Assembly: GCA_000004695.1 (NCBI GenBank)
Contig: CM000154.2
Coordinates: 416,001-480,000, forward strand
DNA from: Dictyostelium discoideum
Taxonomy: Eukaryota
DNA: 64,000 nt
Direction: 5' to 3'
A model generated the notes under the pieces. The model did not search any database. It saw nothing but the letters and a program-made list of their open reading frames with translations, and was not told the DNA's origin. Of this stretch, positions 1 to 11,685 are shown one piece after another. Numbering within the stretch: the stretch's first letter is position 1; every line of letters begins with the position of its first letter. Both the position numbers and the translations under genes were made by a program.

Positions 1-582
1 CCTTTGGGAAATTCTTACCAACATCATATAACATTTGAAGATACATATACAATTCATTGGCTTCTTTATTCTTTACTCTAATCTCTGCTTTAGTCAATTC
101 AAATGTTCTATCTGGATCACATGGATTAATTAATCCATCCTTACCAACTCCAAACATACCATTACATGAAATTTCAATATAAAATTCAAAATGTTCTCCA
201 CCTTTTGAATTTTCAATTAATTTATATTCTTCTCTTAAATCTTGCCATGTTCCACCAATTAAACCTTTTAAAAAAAAAAAAAAAAAAATTAATATAAGTT
301 TTTGGGAAAAAAAATAAAAAAAAAATTAATTTACCTTGAATTGCAATACCATTCATCCAAATTAAACCTTCACAAGATGAATTCCAAATGAAATGAATAG
401 TTTTATCTTTCCAATCAGTTGGTACGTCAATTGTAACTTTAAACCAATAATTTGTCCATGATGGTCCAAATGATTCTCCAATCTTTGTATCTTTATATTC
501 AAGTTGAATTGCATCTTTAAATTTAAAAAAAATAATAAATAATAAATAATAAATAATAAATAATAAATAATAAATAATAATA

Positions 583-661
<79 letters not shown>

Positions 662-666
662 TATAA

Positions 667-716
<50 letters not shown>

Positions 717-933
717 ATAAATTTAAAAAAAAAAAATATAATAAAAAAAACATACCTTTATAAGAAATTCCTTCAACTTTTGGAGATACTTTAACTTTTA
801 CAGCTTCTGATGATTTTAAAGAAATTAATTTTCCATAAAGGTTTTCTCTTACGAAATAGGTATCACTAAGAAATTTTTCAATTCTTTCAATTGTAACATC
901 TTGATGTTTTAACATTACATTACCAGATGTCAT
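1..933 (-). CDS. alpha-mannosidase, GH38 family (cytosolic MAN2C1-like); 5' part, gene continues past the window start. Exons approx 756..933, 335..514, 1..264
   Basis: Translation MTSGNVMLKHQDVTIERIEKFLSDTYFVRENLYGKL... then KIGESFGPSWTNYWFKVTIDVPTDWKDKTIHFIWNSSCEGLIWMNG... then LIGGTWQDLREEYK...EISCNGMFGVGKDG aligns with the N-terminus of MAN2C1-type alpha-mannosidases (FERVEKF, GDSFGPTWW, ACNGLLGAGKG). Donors GTATGT/GTAAAT and AG acceptors, all phase 1. Confidence 0.8.
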
Positions 934-1697
934 TTTTGTTTATTATTGTTTTTATTTTACTAAAATAGAAAAATAAAAAAATAAATAAATATTATTATTA
1001 TAAATTTTATTAAAATAGAAAAATAAAAATAAAAAATAAAAATAATAAACAATAGATTTATAAAAATAAAAAAAAAAAAAATAAAAATATTGAACCAAAA
1101 AAAAAAAAAAAAAAAAAACAATGTGTGTTGTTTTTTTTTTTCAATTATTAATTTCAAGAAAAAAAAAAAAAGAAAAAAAAAATTAAAAAAATTAATTTTA
1201 AAAAATCTTTGGTGATCATCAAAAATTATGTTGACCCTTTGTTTTCTCCATTTTTCAAAAAAAGAAAAATGAAAAAATGAAAAAAAAATAAATAAATAAA
1301 ATAATAACAATAATAATAATAATAGATAATAAAGTTTAAATAATAATTGGTATAAACAAATATTTATATATTTATTTATTTATTTCATTTTTTTATTTTT
1401 TTTATTTCATTTTAATTCTTTGTTGAAATTGAAATTAAAATTAAAATTAAAATTTAAAATTTTATAATTCCATTAAAAGACCTACCTAAATAAAATAAAA
1501 AAAATAAAATAAAAAAAATAAAAAATAGTAAATTCCCCCAAATTTTAAAATCAAATTAATATATATTTAATCTAATCTCATGATTTTTATTTTCTATTTT
1601 TATTTTTAATTATATAATTATTTAATTAACCAAATTTAGTGATAAAAAAAAAAAAACAAAACTAATTTGCCATAAAAAAAATAAAAAATAATAAAAC

Positions 1698-1746
<49 letters not shown>

Positions 1747-1963
1747 GAAAAAAAAAAAAATTAAAAATAAAAAAAAAAAAATTAAAATTAATTTTTTTTT
1801 TTTTTATCAATTCTTTCGTTTTTTTCCAAACAATTCTCCAAAACTAAACTATAGTGTTTGTGTGTGTATATACAAATAAAATCATAAAAAAATATCAAAA
1901 TATCAAAATAAATAAATAAATAAACACACTATAATATTATTGTATATATATATATAAAATAAA

Positions 1964-2517
1964 ATGACAGAAGTTATTGAAACCAAAGAAGTTGAGAATA
2001 TTATCTCTGAACAATCATTAAAAACAGAATCAGTTAAAGTTAGTAATAAAAGATCAAGAGATGATGAAGAAATGAAAGATTCAGAGGGTGGTGTTAAAAA
2101 AACATCTTTCCCACAAATTAGTGTTGAAGATACTGTAAATTATCAATTTATAATTATCATTTATTTTTTTTTATTTTTTTTATTTTTTTATTTTTTTTAA
2201 ATCAACCAATCACCATCATAAATATATAACTAATATTAATATTAACATATATAAAATTGAATTATTATAGGAAGAAGAACAAATTAGAAAAGTTACTATA
2301 CCATTTAATAGAATTGCACCATTAAAAGCCAACTGGCAACAAATTTATGAACCAATCGTTACACATCTTAAATTACAAATTAGAATGAATACAAAAACAA
2401 GAAAAGTTGAATTAAAAACCTCAAAATCTACTAAAGAAACATCTGCCCTTCAAAAAGCAGCTGATTTTGTACATGCTTTTTCTCTTGGTTTTGAAGTTAA
2501 TGTATGGGAATAAAAAA

Positions 2518-2552
<35 letters not shown>

Positions 2553-2881
2553 CATCATTTATTTAGGAATTTAAATACTAATCCATCATTCATTTTCATT
2601 CATTCATTATTATAGGATGCAGTAGCAATATTAAGATTAGACGATTTATATATAGATTCATTTGATGTTGAAGATGTTAAAATATTAAAAGGAGATAATT
2701 TATCTCGTGCTATTGGTCGTGTAGCTGGTAAAGATGGTAAAACTAAATTCACAATTGAAAATGTTACAAAAACTAGAATAGTTTTAGCTGATAAGTATGT
2801 ACTATAATGAAACTAAGTTTCACTTGAATTATTTATTGTTTTAGACATTAATATGAATCACAATATTAATATAAAACCATT

Positions 2882-2922
<41 letters not shown>

Positions 2923-3093
2923 TATTATTATTATTATTGTTATTATTATTATAGACGTATTCATATTTTAGGATCATATTCCAACATTAGAGTTGCAAAA
3001 GATGCAATTTGTGACTTAATTATTGGTTCACCACCAGGTAAAGTTTACGCAAAATTAAGAACAGTTTCAAGTAGAATTGCAGAACGTTTCTAA
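1964..3093 (+). CDS. pno1: RNA-binding protein PNO1/Dim2 (KH domain, partner of NOB1). Exons 1964..2134, 2271..2501, 2616..2794, 2955..3093
   Basis: Spliced product ...[89 protein letters not shown]...[75 protein letters not shown] is near-collinear with human PNO1. Three introns with GTAAAT/GTATGG/GTATGT donors and TAG acceptors. Confidence 0.85.
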
Positions 3094-3275
3094 ATTGCAA
3101 GAAAAAAAAATAAAAAAAAAAAGAACAAAAAAAAATTAAAAAATAAAAAAAAGAAAAAAAATTTTAAAAAAAAAAAAAAGATTTCTGTATGTTTTATTAT
3201 TATTATTATTTAATTACTATTTCTAAGGTTGAATTGTTATTACTTTTTGGATTTGGTTCTGAATGATAATGTAAT

Positions 3276-3854
3276 CTAATTTTTAATATCTCTTAAATTG
3301 GCAGCTTCAACTTTTTTTGCGATTGCTTTTGCAATAGTTTCATCGAAATGGATATCTTTTAATTTTAAATATTCAATTGTTACGCCATATTTATTTAGAG
3401 CTTCTTTTAATTCATCATGGATTTGATTTGAGATTTTATCGCGGTTATGTAAAACTTGATCCAAGGTATTGTGAGATAATATTTCACAAACTTTAATTTG
3501 TGCCATTTCATTAACAAGTAATATACAATCATTGGCTTTGGTAACTGCTAATTTCGGGTCATGGATTCTGAAAACTACAAGTGCATCAACTGTTAAATTA
3601 ATATTATCCTTGGAAATGATCTTTTGTTTGTCTAATGTATATGTGAAAGTTCTAATATCAACAATATCACATTTTTGAATGAATGGAATAACTATATGAA
3701 ATCCTGCTTCTTTCACTGTATGAAATTTTCCAAAATTAAATACAACACCACGTTCATATTGATTTAAAATTTTAAAAAATCCTCTCTTATTAAATCTTTG
3801 AGTTTGTTTTGTAAATTTAATTGCTGTTGTTGATAATTTTTTAATTGAATTCAT
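3276..3854 (-). CDS. SPFH/band-7 domain protein (stomatin-like), 192 aa, single exon
   Basis: ORF ...QYERGVVFNFGKFHTVKEAGFHIVIPFIQKCDIVDIRTFTYTLDKQKIISKDNINLTVDALVVFRIHDPKLAV... matches the stomatin/PHB core (EYERAVIFRLGR...DMRT...ILTKD...VDGVVYYRV). There is no N-terminal hydrophobic hairpin; the N-terminus is basic. Confidence 0.75.
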   Translation of the reverse strand: MNSIKKLSTTAIKFTKQTQRFNKRGFFKILNQYERGVVFNFGKFHTVKEAGFHIVIPFIQKCDIVDIRTFTYTLDKQKIISKDNINLTVDALVVFRIHDPKLAVTKANDCILLVNEMAQIKVCEILSHNTLDQVLHNRDKISNQIHDELKEALNKYGVTIEYLKLKDIHFDETIAKAIAKKVEAANLRDIKN

Positions 3855-3893
3855 TATATTTATTTTAATTTACAATTATTTAAATTTGTTATT

Positions 3894-3928
<35 letters not shown>

Positions 3929-4290
3929 TTTTATTTTGAATAAAAAAAAAAAAAAGATATTTATGGAAAATGAAAATTTAGGTTTTTTGAGAAATGGCAT
4001 TTTAGGTTGGAATTACAACCTTAAAAGTGAAAAAATTATTTAAAAATAAATTAAAAATCGAGTTTCATAATCTTTGAAAAAAAAAAAAAAAAACAAAAAA
4101 AAAAACAAAAAGCAGATTAAAACACACAATTATTACTTTTTTTTTTTTTTTTTTTTTTTATTATTATTAAAAGAACATAAATTTAATTTTATTTTTTTAA
4201 CTTTGTTATAAAAAAAAAAAAAAAAAAATAGTTTATTAATTTAATTAATAAAATTTTAAAAATAAAACTATTATTTTTATTATTAATAGT

Positions 4291-5614
4291 TTATGGAATT
4301 GTAATTTTTGATTCATCAATATGATGACTATGAATTTGTTGTTTAGAATCTGAAACTCTCATCATTCTTGGTTTAAGGAAAGAATATTCTAGTGATACAT
4401 CAGTATCAATATCCAATTCATCAGCACAATGTAATGGCCAGAATGGGTCCCTTAAGAAAGCACGTGCCATCATAACAATATCACATTTATTGGTTTCTAA
4501 AATACTATCAGCTTCATTTGGTTTATTAATTAAACCAACGGCAGCAGTTTTTAAATTTGTATTTCTCTTTATTTGTTCTGCAAATTTAACTTGGTATAAT
4601 GGACCACCTTGAATTTTTTGATCAATTGAATTACCACCAGATGAGCAGTCAAGAATATCCTGTATATAATTATTAAAATTATTATTATTATTAGAATATA
4701 TATGTGATATAGTTAATTTATTGGAAAAACTTACAACACCAAGAGATTCAAGAATTTTAGCTAAACGAACAGTATCTTCTATATGCCAACCATCTTTCAC
4801 CCATTCTTCACAAGATAATCTTACTGATAATGGTTTTGACATTGGCCAAACGGTACGGACAGCTTTAACAATATCAATTAAGAATTTAATACGACCATTA
4901 AAATCACCACCATATTGATCGGTACGTTTATTTGAAGTTGGTGAAAGGAATGATGAAATTAAATAACCATGAGCACCATGAATTTCAATCATATCGAAAC
5001 CAATTTTTAAACATCTTTCAGCTGATTCCCTAAATTGATTAATAACAATATTGATATCATCTAATGTCATTTCTTTTGGCACTGTTGAACCTGGACCCCA
5101 TGAAATATCAGATGGTCCAATTGGTAACCATCCATGTCCATTTGTATCATCAATTGGAATACTTTCATTTCTTTTTCCTAAAAATGGTGGATGAGTTGAT
5201 GCTTTACGACCTGCATGAGCAATTTGAATTGATGTTTTCTATTTAAAATAATAAAAAAAAAAAATAAATAATTATTAGTTTTTAATTAATTAAATAAATA
5301 AAATAAAAAAAAAAAATAAAAAAAAAAAATATAAACATACACAATCAAATTGACGAATGAAATTAACAATTCTTTTTAATGGTTCCATTTGTTCATCTTT
5401 CCATAATCCTGCATCTGCATACGTAATTCTACCGATATCACTTACTGCAGTGGCCTCCATAACAATCATAGAGGCACCACCCCTTGCAAATGTACCATAA
5501 TGCACTAAATGGTAATCACTCATAAATCCATCAATACTAAAATATTTAATATTATTTTTTATTTTTATTTTAAAAAAATAAAAAAATAATTATAGATTAA
5601 TAAAAAGAAATTAT

Positions 5615-5645
<31 letters not shown>

Positions 5646-5842
5646 TTTAAAATTATACTTTACCTACTATATTGACACATTGGACTAACAACAATTCTAT
5701 TTTTTAATGTTAAATCTTTAACTGTTAATGGAGTGAAAATTTTTGGAGTTGATTGTGTAAGTTCAACTGGTTTACCAGAACTTCCATAATGTTTTGGTAA
5801 AGCATATGGATAAATAAATTCTTTAATCATATGTTGTTGCAT
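4291..5842 (-). CDS. NADH:flavin oxidoreductase, Old Yellow Enzyme / YqjM family. Exons 5664..5842, 5341..5536, 4735..5238, 4291..4659
   Basis: Spliced product ...[43 protein letters not shown]...[14 protein letters not shown]...[28 protein letters not shown]...LDCSSGG...[12 protein letters not shown] is collinear with B. subtilis YqjM and OYE proteins (SPMCMYSS, HAGRKA, HGAHGYL, SNHRTDEYGG). Three introns (GTAAAG, GTATGT, GTAAGT donors). Confidence 0.85.
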
Positions 5843-6253
5843 TTTTGTTATTATTATTATTTTTTACTAAATTCTATTTCCAAAATGAAAAATTATTTTT
5901 ATACTTGGGCTTTTTAATAAAAAAAAAAAAAAAATAAAAAAAAAAAAAAAATTTAATATTATTTTTAGATTTTTAAAAATTTTCTAAAAATAGTAATTTT
6001 TTTTTATTTTTTATTTTTTATTTTTATTTTTTTATTTCTAATTCCAAAAAAATAATAAATCTTAAAAATTACAAAAAAAAAAAAAAATATAAAAAAAATA
6101 AAAAAAAATAAAAAAAAATATAAATAGTTTTATATTATATCTATTGTTTTTTTTTATTTTCTTTTATTTTTTTATTTATTTATTTTAAAAAATAGTATTA
6201 TTACTTTTTTTATTTTATTTTATTTTATTTTAATTTGTAATTTTAATTTTAAT

Positions 6254-7224
6254 TTATTTTTTTAATGATAATTTCTTTTCAATTTCTTTAATTACTGAGA
6301 GAGCACAATCAGTGATTCTACTACCAGGACCAAAGATTGCAACTACACCATGTTGATAAAGGAAATCATAATCTTGAGGTGGAATAACACCACCACAAAT
6401 TACAGAGATATGAGAGGCATCCAATTTCTTTAATTCATCGATTAACTCTGGTACAAGTGTTTTATGACCAGCGGCTAAAGAGCTAACACCAACAACGTGG
6501 ACATCACTTTCAACGGCACTTTTAGCGACTTCTTTAGCGGTGGAAAAGAGTGGAGATATATCGACATCGAAACCCAAATCAGAGAAGCCAGAAGCAACCA
6601 CTTTAGCACCACGATCGTGGCCGTCTTGACCCATTTTGGCAACTAAAATTCTTGGTGGACGACCTTGTTCTTTTGTGAATTTTTTAACGGCATCAATGAC
6701 GGCATCGATTTCATTAGTTTTGCCATAGGCTGATTTGTAAGCACCACTAGCCAAAGAATGAGTTGGAACATAACGACCATAAACAACCTCCAAAGCATCA
6801 GAGATTTCACCAACGGTACAACGAGCACGAGCAGCATTGATTGACAATTCCAAGAGATTACCTTTACCAGTTTTAGCGGCTTCGGTGAGGGCTTCAAGAC
6901 ATTTCTTTGCCTCTTCAGAGTTACGAGTTGCCTTGATTCTCTTGAGACGTTCGATTTGAGCCTCTTTAACTTTTTTATTATCGATTGAAAGAATATCTAA
7001 TTTCTCCTCCTCTTTTAATTTATATTTATTTACACCAACGATAGTTTCGATGCCACTATCGATACGAGCTTGACGACTTGCAGCCGATTCTTCGATTCTA
7101 CGTTTTGGTAAACCCTCGGTGACAGCTTTAGCCATACCACCCATTTTTTCAACTTCTTCAATGATCTCCAAAGCTATGTAATCACGAAAATACCCAAAAA
7201 TATTACCAAACTTTGTCCATAAAC
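6254..7224 (-). CDS. mcmA: methylmalonyl-CoA mutase, C-terminal portion only (inter-domain linker plus cobalamin-binding domain). ORF 6254..7171 is solid; it may extend to an AG acceptor at about 7225
   Basis: [36 protein letters not shown]...[73 protein letters not shown]...[30 protein letters not shown] is about 60-70% identical to the C-terminal 300 aa of human MUT and E. coli ScpA. The roughly 430 aa N-terminal (beta/alpha)8 substrate-binding barrel is not encoded anywhere upstream in the window. Confidence 0.8.
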
Positions 7225-8019
7225 CTAAAAAACAGATATTTTTTTTTTATCTATTTTTAAAAAAAGATATACCTTTTTTTTTTAATTAAAAAAAATGTTT
7301 AGAAAAAAAAAAAAAAAAAAATTAAAAACCGAGATAATTTCTGTGATTCTCGAAAAAAATAATAAAAATAATAATACAAAAAGAAACTTCATGGAAAAAA
7401 AAGAAAAAAGAAAAAAGAAAATCTAATATCCTACACACGACAGTTCATAATTATAGTGCAATTGCAAAATAAAAAAATCGGTTAGGGGTGGATAATTAAA
7501 TAATCAAAAAAAAAAACAATTTTTAAAAAAAAAAATAAAAAAATTAAAAATTCGTGTGTGTAACTGACAACAAATCATTCTTAAAAAAAAAATAAAAAAT
7601 AAAAAATATCATTGCATGTGAATATGATAACTAAAAAAAAAAAACTTCCTTAATTAAAAATAAAAAAAAAACTCAAAGTCATTTAATTAATAATCATCTC
7701 AAATATAAACAAAATTTTAGTACTAAAATTATTATTATTATTATTTTTATTATAATAATTATAATAATAAAAAAAAAAAAAAAAAAAATTTTCATATTAT
7801 TTTATTTATATCTTTTATTTATTTTTATCTTTTTATTTTTATTATTAATTTTATAATTTATTTTCATTTCTTTTTTTTTTAGTTGATATATATTTTTTTA
7901 TTATTCATTTATGTCTACGGCTCACAAAAAAAAAAATTAAAAATAAAAAAAAAAATTAAAAATTAAAAAAAAAAAAAAAAAAAAAAATTAAAATAATTTT
8001 TTTTTTTTAATTTTTTATT

Positions 8020-8445
8020 TTAATTATTGACTCTTCTACTTTCTCTTTTGTTACTAACAGATGAAGTTTCGTTTGAAAATCTTTTGGTAAAATCAGCATC
8101 AGATTGTAATTGATTAGCTCTTTTTTTACCCGTTTTGTTTTTGTTTGATTGAGTTGTGATTCCACCATTATTGGAAGTTGTTGCAGCTTCATGTGTTGAT
8201 CTAACTTCGGTGGTAGAGTGCTCGATTGCTTTTTCAACTAGGTCATCTGTTGATTTTCTTTTGGTTATTTCGATATCCCTTTGCAATTTATTTTACTTGT
8301 CTCCGCCTCTCTAAATTCAACATTTACTTTGTACTTCAAATCATTTTTATCAATAGTAACTTCGTTAAATAATACACCAAATTCATCACTTTGATTGAAT
8401 TCAACATCTTTAAATTCCAAAAAAGCGACATCTTCGGGTGGAAAA
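8020..8445 (-). CDS. hypothetical protein; structure unresolved, two adjacent open frames
   Basis: Minus-strand frame A encodes PEDVAFLEFKDVEFNQSDEFGVLFNEVTIDKNDLKYKVNVEFREAETSK (8292..8445). Frame B encodes QRDIEITKRKSTDDLVEKAIEHSTTEVRSTHEAATTSNNGG...KRESRRVNN (8020..8283); its 'M' in the ORF track is a TTG. There is no convincing intron between them and no ATG for frame A. Confidence 0.25.
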
Positions 8446-8590
8446 ATAAAAAAATAAAAAAAAAAAATACTTTTTAATTTTTTTAATTTTTTTTTTATAT
8501 TTTTTTTTTTAATTTTTTTTTTTTATTTTATTTTTTAAAGTTTCGAACAATTATATATAAAAAAAAAGTAAAAGATATCCCTTCGGTCAA

Positions 8591-8605
8591 TTAAATAATA
8601 GTAAT

Positions 8606-8649
<44 letters not shown>

Positions 8650-8651
8650 TA

Positions 8652-8741
<90 letters not shown>
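8591..8741. repeat. (AAT)n microsatellite, about 50 units
   Basis: Uninterrupted aataataat run. Confidence 0.95.
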
Positions 8742-8745
<4 letters not shown>

Positions 8746-9126
8746 CTTAAATATACAAAAAAAAAATAAAAAAATAAAAAAATAAAAAAAATAAAAAAAA
8801 AAAAATAGAATGAAATGAAATAAAATAAAATAAAAAAAAGAAATACAGAATTTCTTTAAAGAAACTTATTTCGAAATTGTTTAAACAATCATACAGTTTA
8901 AAATTAAATAAATTGTTTTAAACCACCACTTTTTTTGAACACATGAAAATAAATAAGAAATAAAAATAAAAAGATAAAAAAAGATTTTTTTTTTTTTTTT
9001 ATTTTATAATTATTCTTGTCATCAGTATTGTTACTGTAATTAATCCCATGAGTTTTTTTTTATTATTTTTAATTCTTTTATATTTGAGATGATTATTAAT
9101 TAAATGACTTTGAGTTTTTTTTTTAT

Positions 9127-9312
9127 TTTTCTATGCCCAAAATTACCATATTAATTTCGGCAGCCATATTAATTTCAGCCTAAAATAGTTGGTCTGTGCA
9201 TGCCAAAATTAATATGGCTGCTGAAATTAATGTGGTAATTCTAGCAGACATAAGTCCCATGCCAAAATTACCATATTAATTTCAGCAGCCATATTAATTT
9301 TGGCATGGGACA
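9127..9312. repeat. three copies of a roughly 45-bp unit in alternating orientation (A+, B-, C+); copy C is itself a near-perfect palindrome
   Basis: 9133..9180 ATGCCCAAAATTACCATATTAATTTCGGCAGCCATATTAATTTCAGCC; 9199..9240 is its reverse complement; 9257..9310 CCCATGCCAAAATTACCATATTAATTTCAGCAGCCATATTAATTTTGGCATGGG has 15-bp self-complementary ends. Confidence 0.7.
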
Positions 9313-9798
9313 ATTGATGAAAAAAAAAAAAAAAAAAACAGAACTTCAAAAATATTTAAATCAAAGCAAAAAATAAATAATAATAAAAAAAAAAATTTGT
9401 TATAAAAATATGATTAAATTTCAAAAAATAATGATAATAAAAAAAAAATTAAAGAGAAACTCATATATAAAACAGATTCAAATTATCGAATAAACTTTTT
9501 TTTAAATTAAAAATAAAAATAAACATAATCTTTTATTTGCTTAAAAAAATAATATAAAAAAAAAAAAAAAAATAATTATTAAATAAAAAAAAGAATGGTT
9601 TTTTAAATGTCTTTATTTTCACTTTTTTATTTTTTTTATTTTATTATTTATTTTATTTTATTTTATTTTATTATTTATTTTATTATTTAATTTATTATTT
9701 ATTTTATTTCATTCCATTTCATTTCATTTTAATTTATTTTTATTTCTTTTTTTAAAATTTGATTCAAGTGAATTATCTTTGGAATGATTGAAGTCCTG

Positions 9799-9839
<41 letters not shown>

Positions 9840-9913
9840 AAAAAAAAAAAGAACTGAAAAATCAGATTTTTTTATTTATATTTTGTGAAACTGCAATTTT
9901 AAAATCTAAATTC

Positions 9914-9954
<41 letters not shown>

Positions 9955-10002
9955 GTGCAGAAGCGATAAAAAAAAAAAATAAAAAAAAAATAATATCCCC
10001 AT

Positions 10003-10033
<31 letters not shown>

Positions 10034-10484
10034 AGTAATTTTGGTTGAAATATTTAAAAAATTTTAGATATTTTTATTTTGGTTGGAAAAATAGAAAAAA
10101 AAAAAAATTATTTAAAACTCATTGTGCAACAACTATTTTAATCAAGATCCATCTCCCCAAATTATCGACAATTTCTTTTCTTTTCTTTTTTTATCGTAAA
10201 TTTTTTTTTAAAAATAGCAACATATTTTTTATAAAAAAAAAAAAGAAAAAAAAAAAGAAAAATAAATACCAAACTTTTTCTTAATTCCCAAGGCTTTATT
10301 TTTGCCTAAATCATTTGTTTTATAATATTTGCAGGCCAGTCCAACTGACCAATGAAATTAAAATATTTTTTCTGAAAATATGATTAGATTTCTAAAAAAA
10401 AAAAAAATGTTTAAAAATTGTTTGTTCACTTTCAAAATAAAATCTTTTTCAACCACGTTTTTTATTTTATTTAATTTTTTTTTT

Positions 10485-10672
10485 ATAAACAAAATTTTCT
10501 CCAATTCTCAAGAACAATGTGGTTGTGATTGGATATTTTCCACCCAAATGCATGATGGCTTTCTGAAAGTCTTGCATATTTATAAAAAACAGACAAAAAT
10601 TTGGGTTAAAATTTGAGCAAATTAGAATTTCAAATAATAAAATAGAGCCAATAAAAAAATAGTATGGCGTCT
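10485..10672 (-). other. orphan exon-like ORF with no start codon; ends at a stop
   Basis: Minus strand, after a TAG/CTATAG: TPYYFFIGSILLFEILICSNFNPNFCLFFINMQDFQKAIMHLGGKYPITTTLFLRIGENFVYKKKN*. The codon usage is Dictyostelium-like. No upstream exon was found. Confidence 0.25.
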
Positions 10673-10995
10673 ATAGAAGCCCTCAAAATATGTGGACATA
10701 CCAAAAAGGGAAATTTTTTACTATAGAAAATAATTAATTTTAATTTTTTGTAAAATTTTTTTGTATAAAAATAATTTTTTTTTTTTTTTTTTTTTTTCAT
10801 TCCAAATTAAACTCAAGTATTTAAATAAATCAAATAAATCAAATAAATCAAATAAAAAATCAATTTAAAATGAATCAAGTAAATAAAAAAAATAAAAAAA
10901 AATTATTTTCCAAACATTTTTATTTTTTTTTAAAATACTAATCACAATAATATTTTTTTTTTTTCTTTTTTTTTTTTCTCTTTTTTAAATTATAG

Positions 10996-11091
10996 AACTA
11001 TAGCACCAACACCACCATCAACAACAGCACTGAGGATCTCCACAACAATGACAATACTCACAACAATGAGAGTACCTACAATGAAGATGCC

Positions 11092-11180
<89 letters not shown>

Positions 11181-11627
11181 CGACGACGACAATCAAAACA
11201 ATAATTGCACAATGTGTCTTTCAGATAAAATGTGCTTTTCCTGTAAGATTATGAAAATTAGGCACGAAGCAGCTATCAAAATTTTTTATAATAGTTTAGG
11301 CTTAAGTCCGCCCCCTGCTGCCAATACTGGTTTTGCTAATGGTGGCACTGGCGTTGCCGATGACCATCCTGATGTTGAAAATTCCTCTGATATTTTTTAA
11401 ACGAATCGGCTGGTGTTGATAATCAACCCTCTACTGCCAATGAATATGATGATGATGATAGTTTCGATGGTGAATCCTATGTCTCTTTATCTGAATATGA
11501 TTCAGAAGATAGAAGGATGTTCATAGCCCAAGATGCTGAATATTATGCCAATGCTCCTTTTGAAGATCTACGAGGTGAGACCATTCATAAATGTCTTTTT
11601 AACCTTGATTCATATTTTGATTATTAT

Positions 11628-11685
<58 letters not shown>

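Larger units (their letters stand above)
7656..9130. repeat. 1.5 kb segment bounded by perfect 54-bp inverted repeats (7656..7709 and 9077..9130); contains a small ORF region (8020..8450) and a long (AAT)n at 8591..8741
   Basis: 7656..7709 AAAAATAAAAAAAAAACTCAAAGTCATTTAATTAATAATCATCTCAAATATAAA is the exact reverse complement of 9077..9130. Confidence 0.7.

Noticed and set aside
960-1310. ORF-track entries translating homopolymer/microsatellite DNA (also 10990..11212, 13241..13474, 14772..15010, 19521..19817, 20230..20643, 23924..24148, 39088..39303, 56926..57228, 59778..60339, 61065..61385)
   Set aside because: They are poly-F/K/I/L/V/T products of A/T runs or the antisense of coding (AAT)n/(GATGGT)n; no complexity, no start context.
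8020-8286. M-start ORFs whose first codon is TTG (8020..8286; 38900..40351 'MDTFNN')
   Set aside because: The ORF track evidently allows alternative start codons. For a eukaryotic nuclear gene I treated these as internal Leu and looked for the real ATG or upstream exon.
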